Shown here in pieces: positions 35,240 through 44,619 of a stretch of DNA of 64,000 nucleotides. Below the pieces are notes generated by a model that searched no databases, was not told the DNA's origin, and saw nothing but the letters and a program-made list of their open reading frames with translations. The DNA lies in NCBI GenBank assembly GCA_024643755.1, contig JAHEMG010000012.1, positions 4,574 through 68,573 on the forward strand, read 5' to 3'. Numbering within the stretch: position 1 is the stretch's first letter; the number at the start of each line of letters is the position of its first letter. The translations under genes and the position numbers were made by a program. The DNA comes from Flavobacteriales bacterium. Lineage in GTDB: Bacteria > Bacteroidota > Bacteroidia > NS11-12g > UBA955.

Positions 35240-35242
35240 GGG

Positions 35243-36067
35243 TTATTTCTGGGAGAGGTTTTTGCGTTTGTAGGAATCGTCGATTTTGAACGGGTACGAA
35301 GGTATTACATCGTATCGAGCGGTTGTCAACGTCAAATCGACTTGTGCAGTTTGTTGTGCAGTGGTGGAGCTTATTTTGATGCCCATCGGCAAAAAGGAGA
35401 AGGCGCCGGCTGATTCTGAGGAGACATCGAGCCATTGGTTGTGTTCGAGGATGGCTTTGTCTTTGGGTTTGTTGGGGGTGCTGATTTCGGTGAATCGTAG
35501 TTGTGAGTACCCTTCGTTTTCTTTCTTGGTTTCGGCGTTGGGCTGTGCAAATTTCGATTCAATGATCAGGGGTTGCGATATGGTGGTGTAGCACATGAGC
35601 TGATCTACGAGTTTCGCGCTGTAGTTGCTGTTGTTGAAGGGTTTGGCACTGAAGGTATCGATCAGGGGCTGTCCTACAAACAAATTTTGCAGTTGTTGCA
35701 CGCCCAGAGGGATGGACAGGTATTGGCTGGCGTTGGCCACGGGAATCGCATAGTATTCTTTGTGGTAGATATCGGCGATGTGGAGGGTATCGCGGAGCAT
35801 GATGCCTTTGGCGACTTGAATTTGGATGCCCATGTTGGCGCTGACGCTGAACCAAACGATGGAATCGCGTTTCATGCGCAGATTGAGGGTGGCGGGAATT
35901 TGTTGATCGCCGGTGTTTACGTTGACATCGTATCGCCCGGTGAAGTAGGTCCAATTGTTGCTTTTCGGCAGTTGGTTGTTGTTCACTTCGATGTTTTGGG
36001 GCGTATTATTTTGCGCTTGGGCGCTAATGGCTGTAAGGAGGGTGACGAGCGATAGAAAATATTTCAT
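35243..36067 (-). CDS. DUF4292-like (LolB-like) envelope protein
   Basis: Signal peptide MKYFLSLVTLLTAISAQAQ. Beta-rich, 274 aa. I recall the conserved Bacteroidota gene order TPR - DUF4292 - M23; this was not searched. Confidence 0.55.
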   Translation of the reverse strand: MKYFLSLVTLLTAISAQAQNNTPQNIEVNNNQLPKSNNWTYFTGRYDVNVNTGDQQIPATLNLRMKRDSIVWFSVSANMGIQIQVAKGIMLRDTLHIADIYHKEYYAIPVANASQYLSIPLGVQQLQNLFVGQPLIDTFSAKPFNNSNYSAKLVDQLMCYTTISQPLIIESKFAQPNAETKKENEGYSQLRFTEISTPNKPKDKAILEHNQWLDVSSESAGAFSFLPMGIKISSTTAQQTAQVDLTLTTARYDVIPSYPFKIDDSYKRKNLSQK

Positions 36068-36082
36068 GGGGCGATGGGGTGC

Positions 36083-37327
36083 TTATTTGTTGTTGGGGTT
36101 GGATTCCAAATCTTGTGCCATTTGTTTCCAAAGGTTAAGGTATTGGACAGATTGGGCTTGTTCGGCGACGGAAATCGCGAAGGGGAGGTCAGACGGTGTG
36201 AGCCCTTCCTTCTGATACAATTCAATATAGAGGTTCAGCGCTTTGGTGGTTTGTTTTTGATGTGCGGTGATTCGTGCGTTGAGTCGGAGGTATTGCAGTT
36301 GGATAAAGGGGTCGGTTTCGAGGTCGCTGTTGGCGAGTTCGGCCTGTGCTTCTTGCCAGCGGTTGTTGTGGGCGTGTTCGAAGCCATTGACGAGGTTGTG
36401 GGCGGTGAAAACGGGCGCGATGTTTTCGAGGGAATCGGCCCAAAGGTGTGCTTCTGTGAAGCGGTTGTATTCGATGCGCAGGGCGAGGTTTTTGCGGTAG
36501 CGGTTGGGGGCAGACAGGTTAGTGGTAGTGGGGGCGTCTGGCGTTTTGGCTTTGGGGTTATTGTTGTTTGGGAGCGATTGTATTTGTTGTTGGTCTTTGG
36601 CGAGTTGTCTGAACTGTTTCACTTTTTCGGTGAGGCCGAGGTGGGTTTCCCAGGTATCGCAGAAGCGGAGGAGTTCGAGGGTTTGCGTGGGGGCGGAGGG
36701 ACCTTTGAGCGTTTGCGACAGGGCGATGGCTGCGAAGTGGTGGAAGGTGAAGGAGTGGGGGTCGAGGGTACAGAGTTGCTGCAGGGTTTGTGCGGCTTTG
36801 AGGGGTTTGTTGTGGTTGTATTCGAGGGTGGCTTTGAAATAGAGTATATCGGTGTTTTTGGGTTGGATGTTCAGCGCTCTTTCTGTGTAGTGGAGGGCTT
36901 GGAGGACATCGGGTGGGTGGGTTTGAACGGTGCCTTGGGCGTTGGCGAAGGTGTATTCGCGGGCTTGGATTTGGGCGAGTCTGAACAGCACACCGGTGAG
37001 GTGGGGGGTATTTTCGGGTTGGGAGAAGCTATCGAGGATGTGTTGAAACTCGTTTTTGGCTTCGTGGAATTGCTCGGCTTGGTAGTGTGCTTCGGCGCTG
37101 AAGTAGGCGATTTTGAGTTCAGGGGATTGGGCGTGCAGGGGTTGCACGAGGGATATCGCCCAGCAAAAAAGGGGAAGAAAAAGGGAAATGGGGGATGTAG
37201 CGAGGGCGGTTAACCGATGCTGCTGAAATCGCCGAGACTGTATTCTTGGCTGGGTGCACCCGAACCTTTGACCACGATGTGGTTGCCGATGAGGGAGTCG
37301 TGGCAGTTGAAGTGGCTGAGTGAACAT
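36083..37327 (-). CDS. tetratricopeptide-repeat protein (start uncertain)
   Basis: TPR-like helices (AEAHYQAEQFHEAKNEFQHILDSF, ALHYTERALNIQPKNTDILYFKATLEY). The hydrophobic signal-like segment ends in LHAQ. The only ATG/GTG/TTG upstream of that segment is the ATG at 37327, which overlaps the preceding gene by 118 nt. Confidence 0.6.
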   Translation of the reverse strand: MFTQPLQLPRLPHRQPHRGQRFGCTQPRIQSRRFQQHRLTALATSPISLFLPLFCWAISLVQPLHAQSPELKIAYFSAEAHYQAEQFHEAKNEFQHILDSFSQPENTPHLTGVLFRLAQIQAREYTFANAQGTVQTHPPDVLQALHYTERALNIQPKNTDILYFKATLEYNHNKPLKAAQTLQQLCTLDPHSFTFHHFAAIALSQTLKGPSAPTQTLELLRFCDTWETHLGLTEKVKQFRQLAKDQQQIQSLPNNNNPKAKTPDAPTTTNLSAPNRYRKNLALRIEYNRFTEAHLWADSLENIAPVFTAHNLVNGFEHAHNNRWQEAQAELANSDLETDPFIQLQYLRLNARITAHQKQTTKALNLYIELYQKEGLTPSDLPFAISVAEQAQSVQYLNLWKQMAQDLESNPNNK

Positions 37328-38220
37328 TGCTCTTGAACGATGCTGTTGGTGATGGTACAGTTTTCCAGGGTAGAATTGTTGCCGATGGAGGTATGCGGAC
37401 CGATCACGCAGTTTTTCAAAGATACATTTTCGCCGATGAAACAGGGCTCATGGATGGTGACACTTTCATCGAAGCGGGCAGCGGCTCCAGCGAATTGGGG
37501 GGCTTTGTTGGCCAGGACGCGTTGGTTGGTGAAGACGGTGGCGGCGTAATTTCCGCAATCGAGCCATTCGTCTACGGCGCCAGGGACAAACTGCATGCCT
37601 TTGGATTTCATGTTTTCCATGGCATTGGTGAGTTGGTATTCGCCTTTTTCGCGGATGTTGTTGTCGATCAGATACTGAATCTCCGCTTCCAACGTTTCAC
37701 CGCTTTTGAAGTAGTAGATGCCGATGATGGCTAGGTCTGACACAAACTCGGTGGGTTTTTCTATGAAGTCGGTGATGATGTTGTCTTGGTTGTATTTCAC
37801 CACGCCGAATGAGCTTGGGTTGGCTACTTTGTGAACCCAGATAACGCCATCTTTGGATTTATCCAGATTGAATTGGGTGCGGAAGAGGGTATCGGCGAAG
37901 GCCACGATAACATCGCCTTTGAGGCATTCGCGGGCGCAGAGGATGGCATGACCGGTTCCTTCGGCTACGTCTTGGTAGAAGATTTTGCCTTTGGCGCCAA
38001 CGCTTTCGGCGATTTGGATGAGTTCTGCTTCCACGGCTTCTCCGAACCTGCCTACCACGAAACCAATTTCATCGATGGATTCACCGCAGACGGCGGCTAT
38101 ATCGGTGATGAGCCAATGCACGATGGATTTGCCAGCGACTTTGACCAGGGGTTTGGGGGTGGTAAGGGTATGCGGGCGCATGCGTTTGCCCATGCCGGCC
38201 ATTGGAATAATCAGTTTCAT
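37210..38220 (-). CDS. sugar-phosphate nucleotidyltransferase with C-terminal left-handed beta-helix
   Basis: MKLIIPMAGMGKRMRPHTLTTPKPLV (GxGxR pyrophosphorylase loop). Hexapeptide-repeat C-terminus. 336 aa. Confidence 0.85.
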   Translation of the reverse strand: MKLIIPMAGMGKRMRPHTLTTPKPLVKVAGKSIVHWLITDIAAVCGESIDEIGFVVGRFGEAVEAELIQIAESVGAKGKIFYQDVAEGTGHAILCARECLKGDVIVAFADTLFRTQFNLDKSKDGVIWVHKVANPSSFGVVKYNQDNIITDFIEKPTEFVSDLAIIGIYYFKSGETLEAEIQYLIDNNIREKGEYQLTNAMENMKSKGMQFVPGAVDEWLDCGNYAATVFTNQRVLANKAPQFAGAAARFDESVTIHEPCFIGENVSLKNCVIGPHTSIGNNSTLENCTITNSIVQEQCSLSHFNCHDSLIGNHIVVKGSGAPSQEYSLGDFSSIG

Positions 38221-38257
38221 TGGGGTGCAAAGGTAAGCGTTTGAGATGAATTGGATG

Positions 38258-38701
38258 TTAGGGCTGGGTTACGCCAGTGCTACCGTAACCGCCTTCACCG
38301 CGTTCGGTGTTGGAGAGTGATTGGGTTTCTTGCCATTGTACGGTGGCGTGTTGGGCGATGACCATTTGGGCGATGCGTTCGCCGTTTTGGATGGTAAAGG
38401 GTTCTTGTCCGTGATTGATCAGCAGCACTTTGATTTCACCGCGGTAGTCGGCATCGATGGTACCCGGACTGTTGAGCACGGTGATGCCGTGTTTGAGGGC
38501 GAGGCCGCTGCGCGGCCTCACTTGCGCTTCATACCCTTCGGGCAGTTCAATGAACAATCCGGTGGCAACAAGCATCCGGGCTTGGGGCATCAACACGATG
38601 GGTTCTTCTAGATTGGCATGGAGGTCCATCCCCGCGCTCAGCGCGGTCTGGTATTTGGGTAATGGGTGTTGCGATTGGTTGATGATGTTAACGAGCAGCA
38701 T
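38258..38701 (-). CDS. dut: dUTP diphosphatase
   Basis: [16 protein letters not shown] and [11 protein letters not shown] motifs. 147 aa. Confidence 0.95.
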   Translation of the reverse strand: MLLVNIINQSQHPLPKYQTALSAGMDLHANLEEPIVLMPQARMLVATGLFIELPEGYEAQVRPRSGLALKHGITVLNSPGTIDADYRGEIKVLLINHGQEPFTIQNGERIAQMVIAQHATVQWQETQSLSNTERGEGGYGSTGVTQP

Positions 38702-40235
38702 GGCGTTTTTTGAGTAGGGTTTCTATCAAGTAAATCATCGCCCCGTAAACCAGGGGCAGTAAAAAGTAGTAGTTGTGGGAGATTGAAGGCGCATACACGG
38801 GCAAGCAAACGATGGGCACGATGGCCACAGCCAGCACCAATAACAACAGAGGCACTTGGTAAGGAATGGAATAGTTTTTTTGTCCGAAAGCATACCCCAG
38901 CACCACCAGCGTTGCATAAGCCGCCAGTGTAGTATAGGCCGAGGCCACGAATCCGTATTGGGGGATGAAGAGGTAGTTGCCGACGATAGTAACCACGGCA
39001 CCCATCGCCGCGATGAGTCCGCCCATTTTGGTCTGACCGGATAGCTTAAACCAGATGCTGAGGTTGTAGTACAGTCCCAGGCAGACGTTGGCGCCCAGCA
39101 GCACGGGGATGATGGAAAGTCCGCGCGCATTGGTGTAGAAAATGGGATTTTGCATTAGCAGCGGTGCAATCCAGGGCATGAAGAGCATGGTGAGGAGGTA
39201 GATGCCACCGGTGGCGTAGACAAACATGCGCATCACATAGGCATAGGTTTCTTTGGCATCGGCATCGCCGCTTTTGCTGAAGAAGAAGGGTTCTGCGGCG
39301 AATCTAAAAGCCTGTATAAAGAGAGTGAGGACGAGACTGAGTTTGTAGAAGGCGTTGTACATCCCGGTTTCGGCATCGGCAATGTTGGCGGGGAGGAGGT
39401 TTTTGAGCAGGAGTCGGTCTAGCGTTTCATTGATCATGCCGGCGAGTCCCACAATGATCAGGGGCAGCGAGTATTTCAGCATGCGTTTGACAAGGGCTAC
39501 ATCGAAACCTTCTTTGAGTTGGGTGAAGGTGCGTGAGAGCAGGGGCAGGGTGATCACCGAGGCCAGTAGGTTGCTAATGAAAATGTTGGCGATCATGGCA
39601 TGGGGTTGTGCTTGCGCTTGTCCCCAAGTGGCGATGCTGTGCCAGGTATCGCCCGAGAATTGTTCGGGGGATAGTGTGAGGCCCAGGAAGGTGGTTTTGT
39701 GGTTGAGGAGGAAGTCGCCAAAGGCGGGGGCGATGACCAAAAGGAATAGGTTGGAGACGATGTTTACCGCGATGTTGGTGAGGCGGATCCAGGCGAAGGT
39801 CCAGGGTTGATCTTGTTGTCTGAGCCAGGCAAAACCGAGGGCGGAGATGGCGTCGGCGGCGAGGATATAGACCAGGTATTCAATGAGTTCGGGGTATTGT
39901 GGGTAGCCCATCCAGTCCATGATTTGGGGACCGATCCAGCGGGCGGTGAGGATGGCGGCGAAGCCGGTGAGGATGAGGGTATAGGTGGCGGTGGCGAAGA
40001 CTTTGGCGGGCTGTTGGGTTTGTTTGGCGAAATTGAAAAAGGCCGTTTCCAGTCCGAGCGCAAAGAAGATCGCCAAGAAGCTGGCGTAGGTAAACATCAC
40101 ACCTACCACACCGTATTCTGCGGGGGTGAATTTGCTGAGGTATAGGGGTACTAGGGCGTAGTTGAGAAACCGGCCCAGCATGGTGCTAAGGCCATAGACG
40201 GCGGTTTGGGAGGCCAGTTTTTTCAGTACGCTCAT
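38688..40235 (-). CDS. MOP-superfamily polysaccharide/oligosaccharide flippase (Wzx/MurJ-like)
   Basis: 515 aa with about 14 hydrophobic helices. N-terminus [32 protein letters not shown] is typical of Bacteroidota polysaccharide-biosynthesis proteins. Confidence 0.8.
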   Translation of the reverse strand: MSVLKKLASQTAVYGLSTMLGRFLNYALVPLYLSKFTPAEYGVVGVMFTYASFLAIFFALGLETAFFNFAKQTQQPAKVFATATYTLILTGFAAILTARWIGPQIMDWMGYPQYPELIEYLVYILAADAISALGFAWLRQQDQPWTFAWIRLTNIAVNIVSNLFLLVIAPAFGDFLLNHKTTFLGLTLSPEQFSGDTWHSIATWGQAQAQPHAMIANIFISNLLASVITLPLLSRTFTQLKEGFDVALVKRMLKYSLPLIIVGLAGMINETLDRLLLKNLLPANIADAETGMYNAFYKLSLVLTLFIQAFRFAAEPFFFSKSGDADAKETYAYVMRMFVYATGGIYLLTMLFMPWIAPLLMQNPIFYTNARGLSIIPVLLGANVCLGLYYNLSIWFKLSGQTKMGGLIAAMGAVVTIVGNYLFIPQYGFVASAYTTLAAYATLVVLGYAFGQKNYSIPYQVPLLLLVLAVAIVPIVCLPVYAPSISHNYYFLLPLVYGAMIYLIETLLKKRHAAR

Positions 40236-40268
40236 GGTGCGAAGATAGGAAATTGGTTGGGGTTGAAT

Positions 40269-40883
40269 TTAGGGTTTTATGGTGGGGTATTGTTGGAGGT
40301 ATTCTTGGGCGGTGGGACCGAGGTTAAAGAGTAGGTCGAGGGCGGAAACGGGTTCTCGGAAGCCGAATTTGGCATCGAAAACTTGGGGATAGGGGGTCAG
40401 AGAAAGTTTTGTGGACTGCGCCTGAAATTTTGCCAGTGTATGCTTGGCGATGAGTGAATGTTCGGCGCCGGGCTCTTGGAGGTATTGGGGCGTATGGGGG
40501 ATTTTGAGGTTGGTGAAAAGAAGTTGGTGGCAGCCCTCGATGAGGGTTTGCATGGTGGGTGGTTGTTGGTCGAACAGCGCCCAAAACCGGTAGTCGTAGT
40601 ATTCGTAGAAGGGCGATTTTCCGTAGGCGGTTTGCCAGGCCTGTTTGTGGGTTCTCAGCCAGTTTTCGCTGTAGTTGATGCGGACTTGTGGCAGGGGGAG
40701 GTTGCGGTCTTCGCCATGCACGGGGATGGTGAGGGATTGGAGGTGGTTGGCGGCGGCGATGGTATATCGGTTGCTGCCATTTTGCTTGAGGAAGGGCGCA
40801 TTTTGGAGTATGGGGAACTGTTGTTGCTGCTGTCCGAGGATAAACCATCGCACATCGGGGAGGAGGTTGTATGGGAGGATCAT
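40269..40883 (-). CDS. WbqC-family protein
   Basis: 204 aa. The segments ILPYNLLP, NRYTIAAANHLQSLTIPV, YGKSPFYEYY and SALDLLFNLGP resemble WbqC-like proteins as I recall them. Confidence 0.7.
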   Translation of the reverse strand: MILPYNLLPDVRWFILGQQQQQFPILQNAPFLKQNGSNRYTIAAANHLQSLTIPVHGEDRNLPLPQVRINYSENWLRTHKQAWQTAYGKSPFYEYYDYRFWALFDQQPPTMQTLIEGCHQLLFTNLKIPHTPQYLQEPGAEHSLIAKHTLAKFQAQSTKLSLTPYPQVFDAKFGFREPVSALDLLFNLGPTAQEYLQQYPTIKP

Positions 40884-41377
40884 CGGGGGAGGTAGCGGTT
40901 AACGGGGAGGGTATCGGGACAGTTGACGAGGAGTTGTTTGAGGGTTTTATGGAGGATGGGGTGGCGGTAGTTGGGGATGATTTCGCAGAGGGGTTGGAGG
41001 ACGAACCGACGGTCTTGCAGGAATGGGTGGGGAATTTGCAGGTTGTGGGCGGTTATTTGTGTATTGTTATATAGCAATATATCTATATCAATACTACGGG
41101 GTCCCCATTTGATTTCTCTGTGTCGGCCCAGCTGTTTTTCGATCGTCAGGCATTTTTGCAAAACCATTTGCGGGGTGAAGGGTGTTTTGAGGAGGATAGC
41201 TTGGTTGAGGAAGTGGGGTTGGTTGGTATTGCCCCAGGCGGCGGTTTGGTAGAGCGATGAGCAGCGGGTGATTTCGCCGACTTGTTGCGACAGCAGCATT
41301 TGGGCTTTTCCGATGTATGCCATGCGGTTGCCCATGTTCCCACCCAGGCCCAGTGCCACCCAATTTTCGATGATCAT
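40880..41377 (-). CDS. folK: 2-amino-4-hydroxy-6-hydroxymethyldihydropteridine diphosphokinase
   Basis: LGLGGNMGNR, PRSIDIDIL and IPHPFLQDRRFVLQPL; HPPK signatures. Confidence 0.9.
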   Translation of the reverse strand: MIIENWVALGLGGNMGNRMAYIGKAQMLLSQQVGEITRCSSLYQTAAWGNTNQPHFLNQAILLKTPFTPQMVLQKCLTIEKQLGRHREIKWGPRSIDIDILLYNNTQITAHNLQIPHPFLQDRRFVLQPLCEIIPNYRHPILHKTLKQLLVNCPDTLPVNRYLPR

Positions 41378-41385
41378 GATGTCTG

Positions 41386-41393
41386 CGAAGATA
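41386..41393 (-). promoter_or_regulatory. -7-like promoter box (TATCTTCG on minus strand) for folK and the downstream co-directional cluster
   Basis: TAnnTTcG variant, 8 nt before the folK ATG (41377). Confidence 0.35.
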
Positions 41394-41423
41394 AATACAC
41401 ATTGTGCAAGGAATAGAACCCCT

Positions 41424-41431
41424 TATTTTTG
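41424..41431 (+). promoter_or_regulatory. -7 promoter box (TATTTTTG) for the M16 peptidase gene
   Basis: Perfect TAnnTTTG, 7 nt before the ATG at 41439. Confidence 0.45.
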
Positions 41432-41438
41432 TGCATCT

Positions 41439-44399
41439 ATGAAATCGGTATTTACTCTGATGATTTGCGCTTTGTACTCGGTACTTTCGTTTGCGCAGGA
41501 TGTGGTGGTTGGGTTGAACACGGCTACTACGGCTCGTTGGGAAGTGGTGAGTTACGGCAATGATCCGTTGAAGGTGAGGCAGTATACGTTTGCGAACGGA
41601 CTCACCCTGATCACATCGAACCAGACCAAATCGCCCCGTGTGTATACGATGGTGGCGGTGCGTACGGGGTCAAAAAACGATCCGGCGGAGCATACCGGCT
41701 TGGCGCATTACTTGGAGCACATGTTGTTCAAGGGGACCGATCGCTATGGCAGTTTGGACTGGGCGAAAGAGGCGCCATTGTTGAAGCAGATCGATCAATT
41801 GTATGAGCGATATAACCACAGCACCGATGCGGCGGAGCGGAAATCGATTTACCGCGCGATTGACAGTGTGAGTCAGCTCGCCGCCAAATTTTCGATAGCC
41901 AACGAGTACGACAAAATGTGTCAAGCCTTGGGTGCGCAGGGCACGAATGCGTTCACCAGCAACGACGAAACGGTGTACATCAACGATATCCCATCGAACA
42001 TGGTCAACAAATGGATTGCGTTGGAGGCCGAGCGTTTCCGCAACCCCATTTTGCGGTTGTTCCACACAGAGTTGGAGGCGGTGTATGAGGAGAAGAATAT
42101 TTCAATGGACCGGGTGGGCGACAAGGTGTACGAGGTGATGATGGCCGATTTGTTTCGCAAGCACAACTATGGTTTGCAGACAACGATTGGTACGGTGGAG
42201 CATTTGAAAAACCCCAGTTTGGAGGCGATTCGCAATTATTACAATACGTATTATGTCCCCAACAACATGGCCCTAATCATGAGTGGTGATTTTGATCCAG
42301 ACGCGGTGGCGGAGCAGGTGTACGAGCAGTTTGGCTATATGCAGCGCAAGGACGTTTACAGTTATGTGTTTGAGTTGGAGGAGGTGCGCAACCAGGAGCG
42401 GACTTATGAACTGAAGGATCCCGAGGCGGAATATGTGAACATTGGGTTTCGCATTCCGAATGCCGGTACGGAGGAGTCGCGTGCGGCAAAGTTGATTGAT
42501 TTGTTGTTGAACAATTCCAAGGCGGGGTTGATCGATGTGAATTTGATATTGGAGCAGAAGGTTTTATCGGCCTACAGCGGCGTGGAACAATTGGCGGATT
42601 ACGGCATGTTTTATCTGCAGGGATCGCCCAAGGAGGGACAAACCCTGGAGGAGGTGAAGGAATTGATGTTGGCGCAGTTGGAGAAGATCCGCAAGGGCGA
42701 TTTTGACGCCAATTTGCTGAAGGCGATATTGTTGAACAAGGAAATCGAAAAGATCCGTTCGTTGAATGAGAACGAGAGTCGTTGTTTCTTGTTGAAGGAT
42801 GCGTTTATACAGGGCTTGGACTATCGCGACCAGTTCAATGAGTTGGCGATGATGAAGGAGATGAGCAAGGAGTATTTGGTGGATTTTGCGAATTTGTATT
42901 TGAACATGGACCGCGTTGTGGTTTACAAGCGCAAGGGGGAGAAGCCGGTATCGGAAAAAATCGAGAAGCCCGAAATTCATTCGGTGGAGTTGAACCGCGA
43001 CAAGCAGAGTGCGTTTGTGAAGGAGTGGTTGGCGATTCCTGCTGAGAAAATGAAGCCCGAGGTGGTGGATTTGAAGTCGGCCATCGCCAAGGAATATGTA
43101 GGTCCGGCGGTTTTGCGCTATGTCCAAAACAAGGAAAATCGCTTGTTTGATTTGGCGTATCGCTATAACTATGGCGATTGGCATAATAAGTCGTTGTCGC
43201 TGATCCCTGCGTACATTTCTTATGTGGGCACGGACGGGTATTCGGCGGCGGATGTGAGCAAGGCATTTTACCGTTGGGGCTGCAGTTTTGGTGCGGGTGC
43301 ATCGAATGAGCACTTCACGATTGGCTTAAACGGTCCGGAAGAATTTTTTGATTCTGCGGTGTGGTTGTTGGACAAATTAATCAACAATCCGATGGTTGAC
43401 GAGGCGGTTTTTGCGTCGATGGTGGGTGATATTGTGAAGTCGCGCAGCGACGAAACCTCAAATCCTGGTGCGATACGTGCTGCGTTGATGTCGTACGCGG
43501 TTTATGGCGCCAACAACCCCTCGAAGTGGGTATTGAGCAATGATGCGTTGAAGAAAATGAAGGCGGCGGACTTGGTGAAATTGATCAAGGGGCTGAAAAA
43601 CATACAGCACACGATGGATTATTATGGTGCGCGGGATCAGGCGGGTGTTGCGGCTACGTTGAAGAAGTATCATCAGTTACCCCCCGATCAAACCAAGCAT
43701 GAGTTGGCGTTTGATTTGGATAAGTCGAAGTCGGTTCGAGACCTATTCGTAGAGCGCGAGGTTACCCAGCCGGTGGTTTATTTTGCGCATTACGACCAGG
43801 TTCAGGCGAGCATCAATTGGTATAGTAGGGGATCGGTGTTGACGGAGTCGGAATCGCCCTTGGTATCGGCGTTCAACCAATATTTTGGTGGGGATATGAG
43901 CAGTGTGGTTTTCCAGAACATTCGCGAGGCGAAGGCGTTGGCATACAGCACGTATGCGGTGTATCGCGTGGGCAGTGGTAAGGGGAAATACAATTCGATG
44001 GTGGGTTTTGTGGGCACGCAGGCCGATAAGTTCCACGATGCGGTGGCGGCGATGAATGAGTTGTTGACGACGTTGCCACAGAACGCGGAGGTGTTTGAGT
44101 TGGCGAAGAAGAGTTTGGCGAATCAGGTGGAGACGAACCGGTTGGATCGCAGTGGGTATATCGCGGCTTACGATGCGTGTATGGAGCGCGGATTTACGAC
44201 CACGATACCGAACATGGCGAATTACGCGCAGTTAGCGACGTTGAGTATGGGGGATATTGCGAAGTTTCACCAATCACGGGTGAGCGGCAGGCCTTATACC
44301 ATGGTGGTTGTGGCTGATAAGGCGCGGGTGACGAAGGCCGACTTGGCGAAATACGGCAAGGTGGTTGAGGTGTCGCTGAGCGACCTCTTCGGATATTAA
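41439..44399 (+). CDS. M16 (pitrilysin) family zinc peptidase, double-length
   Basis: Start moved to 41439 (signal peptide MKSVFTLMICALYSVLSFAQ). Inverted zinc motif HYLEHMLFKGT (HxxEH). 986 aa with two M16 halves. Confidence 0.9.
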   Translation: MKSVFTLMICALYSVLSFAQDVVVGLNTATTARWEVVSYGNDPLKVRQYTFANGLTLITSNQTKSPRVYTMVAVRTGSKNDPAEHTGLAHYLEHMLFKGTDRYGSLDWAKEAPLLKQIDQLYERYNHSTDAAERKSIYRAIDSVSQLAAKFSIANEYDKMCQALGAQGTNAFTSNDETVYINDIPSNMVNKWIALEAERFRNPILRLFHTELEAVYEEKNISMDRVGDKVYEVMMADLFRKHNYGLQTTIGTVEHLKNPSLEAIRNYYNTYYVPNNMALIMSGDFDPDAVAEQVYEQFGYMQRKDVYSYVFELEEVRNQERTYELKDPEAEYVNIGFRIPNAGTEESRAAKLIDLLLNNSKAGLIDVNLILEQKVLSAYSGVEQLADYGMFYLQGSPKEGQTLEEVKELMLAQLEKIRKGDFDANLLKAILLNKEIEKIRSLNENESRCFLLKDAFIQGLDYRDQFNELAMMKEMSKEYLVDFANLYLNMDRVVVYKRKGEKPVSEKIEKPEIHSVELNRDKQSAFVKEWLAIPAEKMKPEVVDLKSAIAKEYVGPAVLRYVQNKENRLFDLAYRYNYGDWHNKSLSLIPAYISYVGTDGYSAADVSKAFYRWGCSFGAGASNEHFTIGLNGPEEFFDSAVWLLDKLINNPMVDEAVFASMVGDIVKSRSDETSNPGAIRAALMSYAVYGANNPSKWVLSNDALKKMKAADLVKLIKGLKNIQHTMDYYGARDQAGVAATLKKYHQLPPDQTKHELAFDLDKSKSVRDLFVEREVTQPVVYFAHYDQVQASINWYSRGSVLTESESPLVSAFNQYFGGDMSSVVFQNIREAKALAYSTYAVYRVGSGKGKYNSMVGFVGTQADKFHDAVAAMNELLTTLPQNAEVFELAKKSLANQVETNRLDRSGYIAAYDACMERGFTTTIPNMANYAQLATLSMGDIAKFHQSRVSGRPYTMVVVADKARVTKADLAKYGKVVEVSLSDLFGY

Positions 44400-44619
44400 T
44401 TTTTTGGGTTAGCGTTGGGCTGGGTTGTAGAGCAGATGACTGATAAAATCGATCTCGATATCAAGTGAGACATTATTCTTTCGTCATATCATTTTGTTTG
44501 CCAATGGTCATAACGTTTGTGAATGTGTGAATTTCACCGAAAAAATTTGGTCGTTTGCGATTTTCGCCACATCTTCACGTATAGTTTTGTGTGAATTACA
44601 CAGTTAAAACATTGAAAAT

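Noticed and set aside
36074-37213. 379-aa plus-strand ORF
   Set aside because: It is a Gly/Val/Phe/Glu-rich mirror frame of the TPR gene. The TPR reading fits the conserved TPR-DUF4292-M23 gene order.
41268-41438. N-terminal extensions offered by the ORF track, here 57 codons on the M16 gene. Similar extensions occur at 60727..61062 (SDR), 26785..26931 (rsmD), 33958..34074 (3-hydroxyacyl-CoA dehydrogenase gene), 49085..49132 (UpxY), 47156..47185 (accA), 10926..10955 (lptC), 14871..14933 (M43), 22700..22735 (S46) and 62521..62565 (HAAO).
   Set aside because: The extensions overlap neighbouring genes or promoter boxes. They precede an internal Met that begins a canonical signal peptide or a conserved N-terminus.
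44479-44490. 11-mer TTCGTCATATC shared between the ccp leader and the HAAO/purF intergenic region (about 62600..62611)
   Set aside because: A single shared 11-mer is expected many times by chance in 64 kb on both strands, and there is no extended similarity around it.
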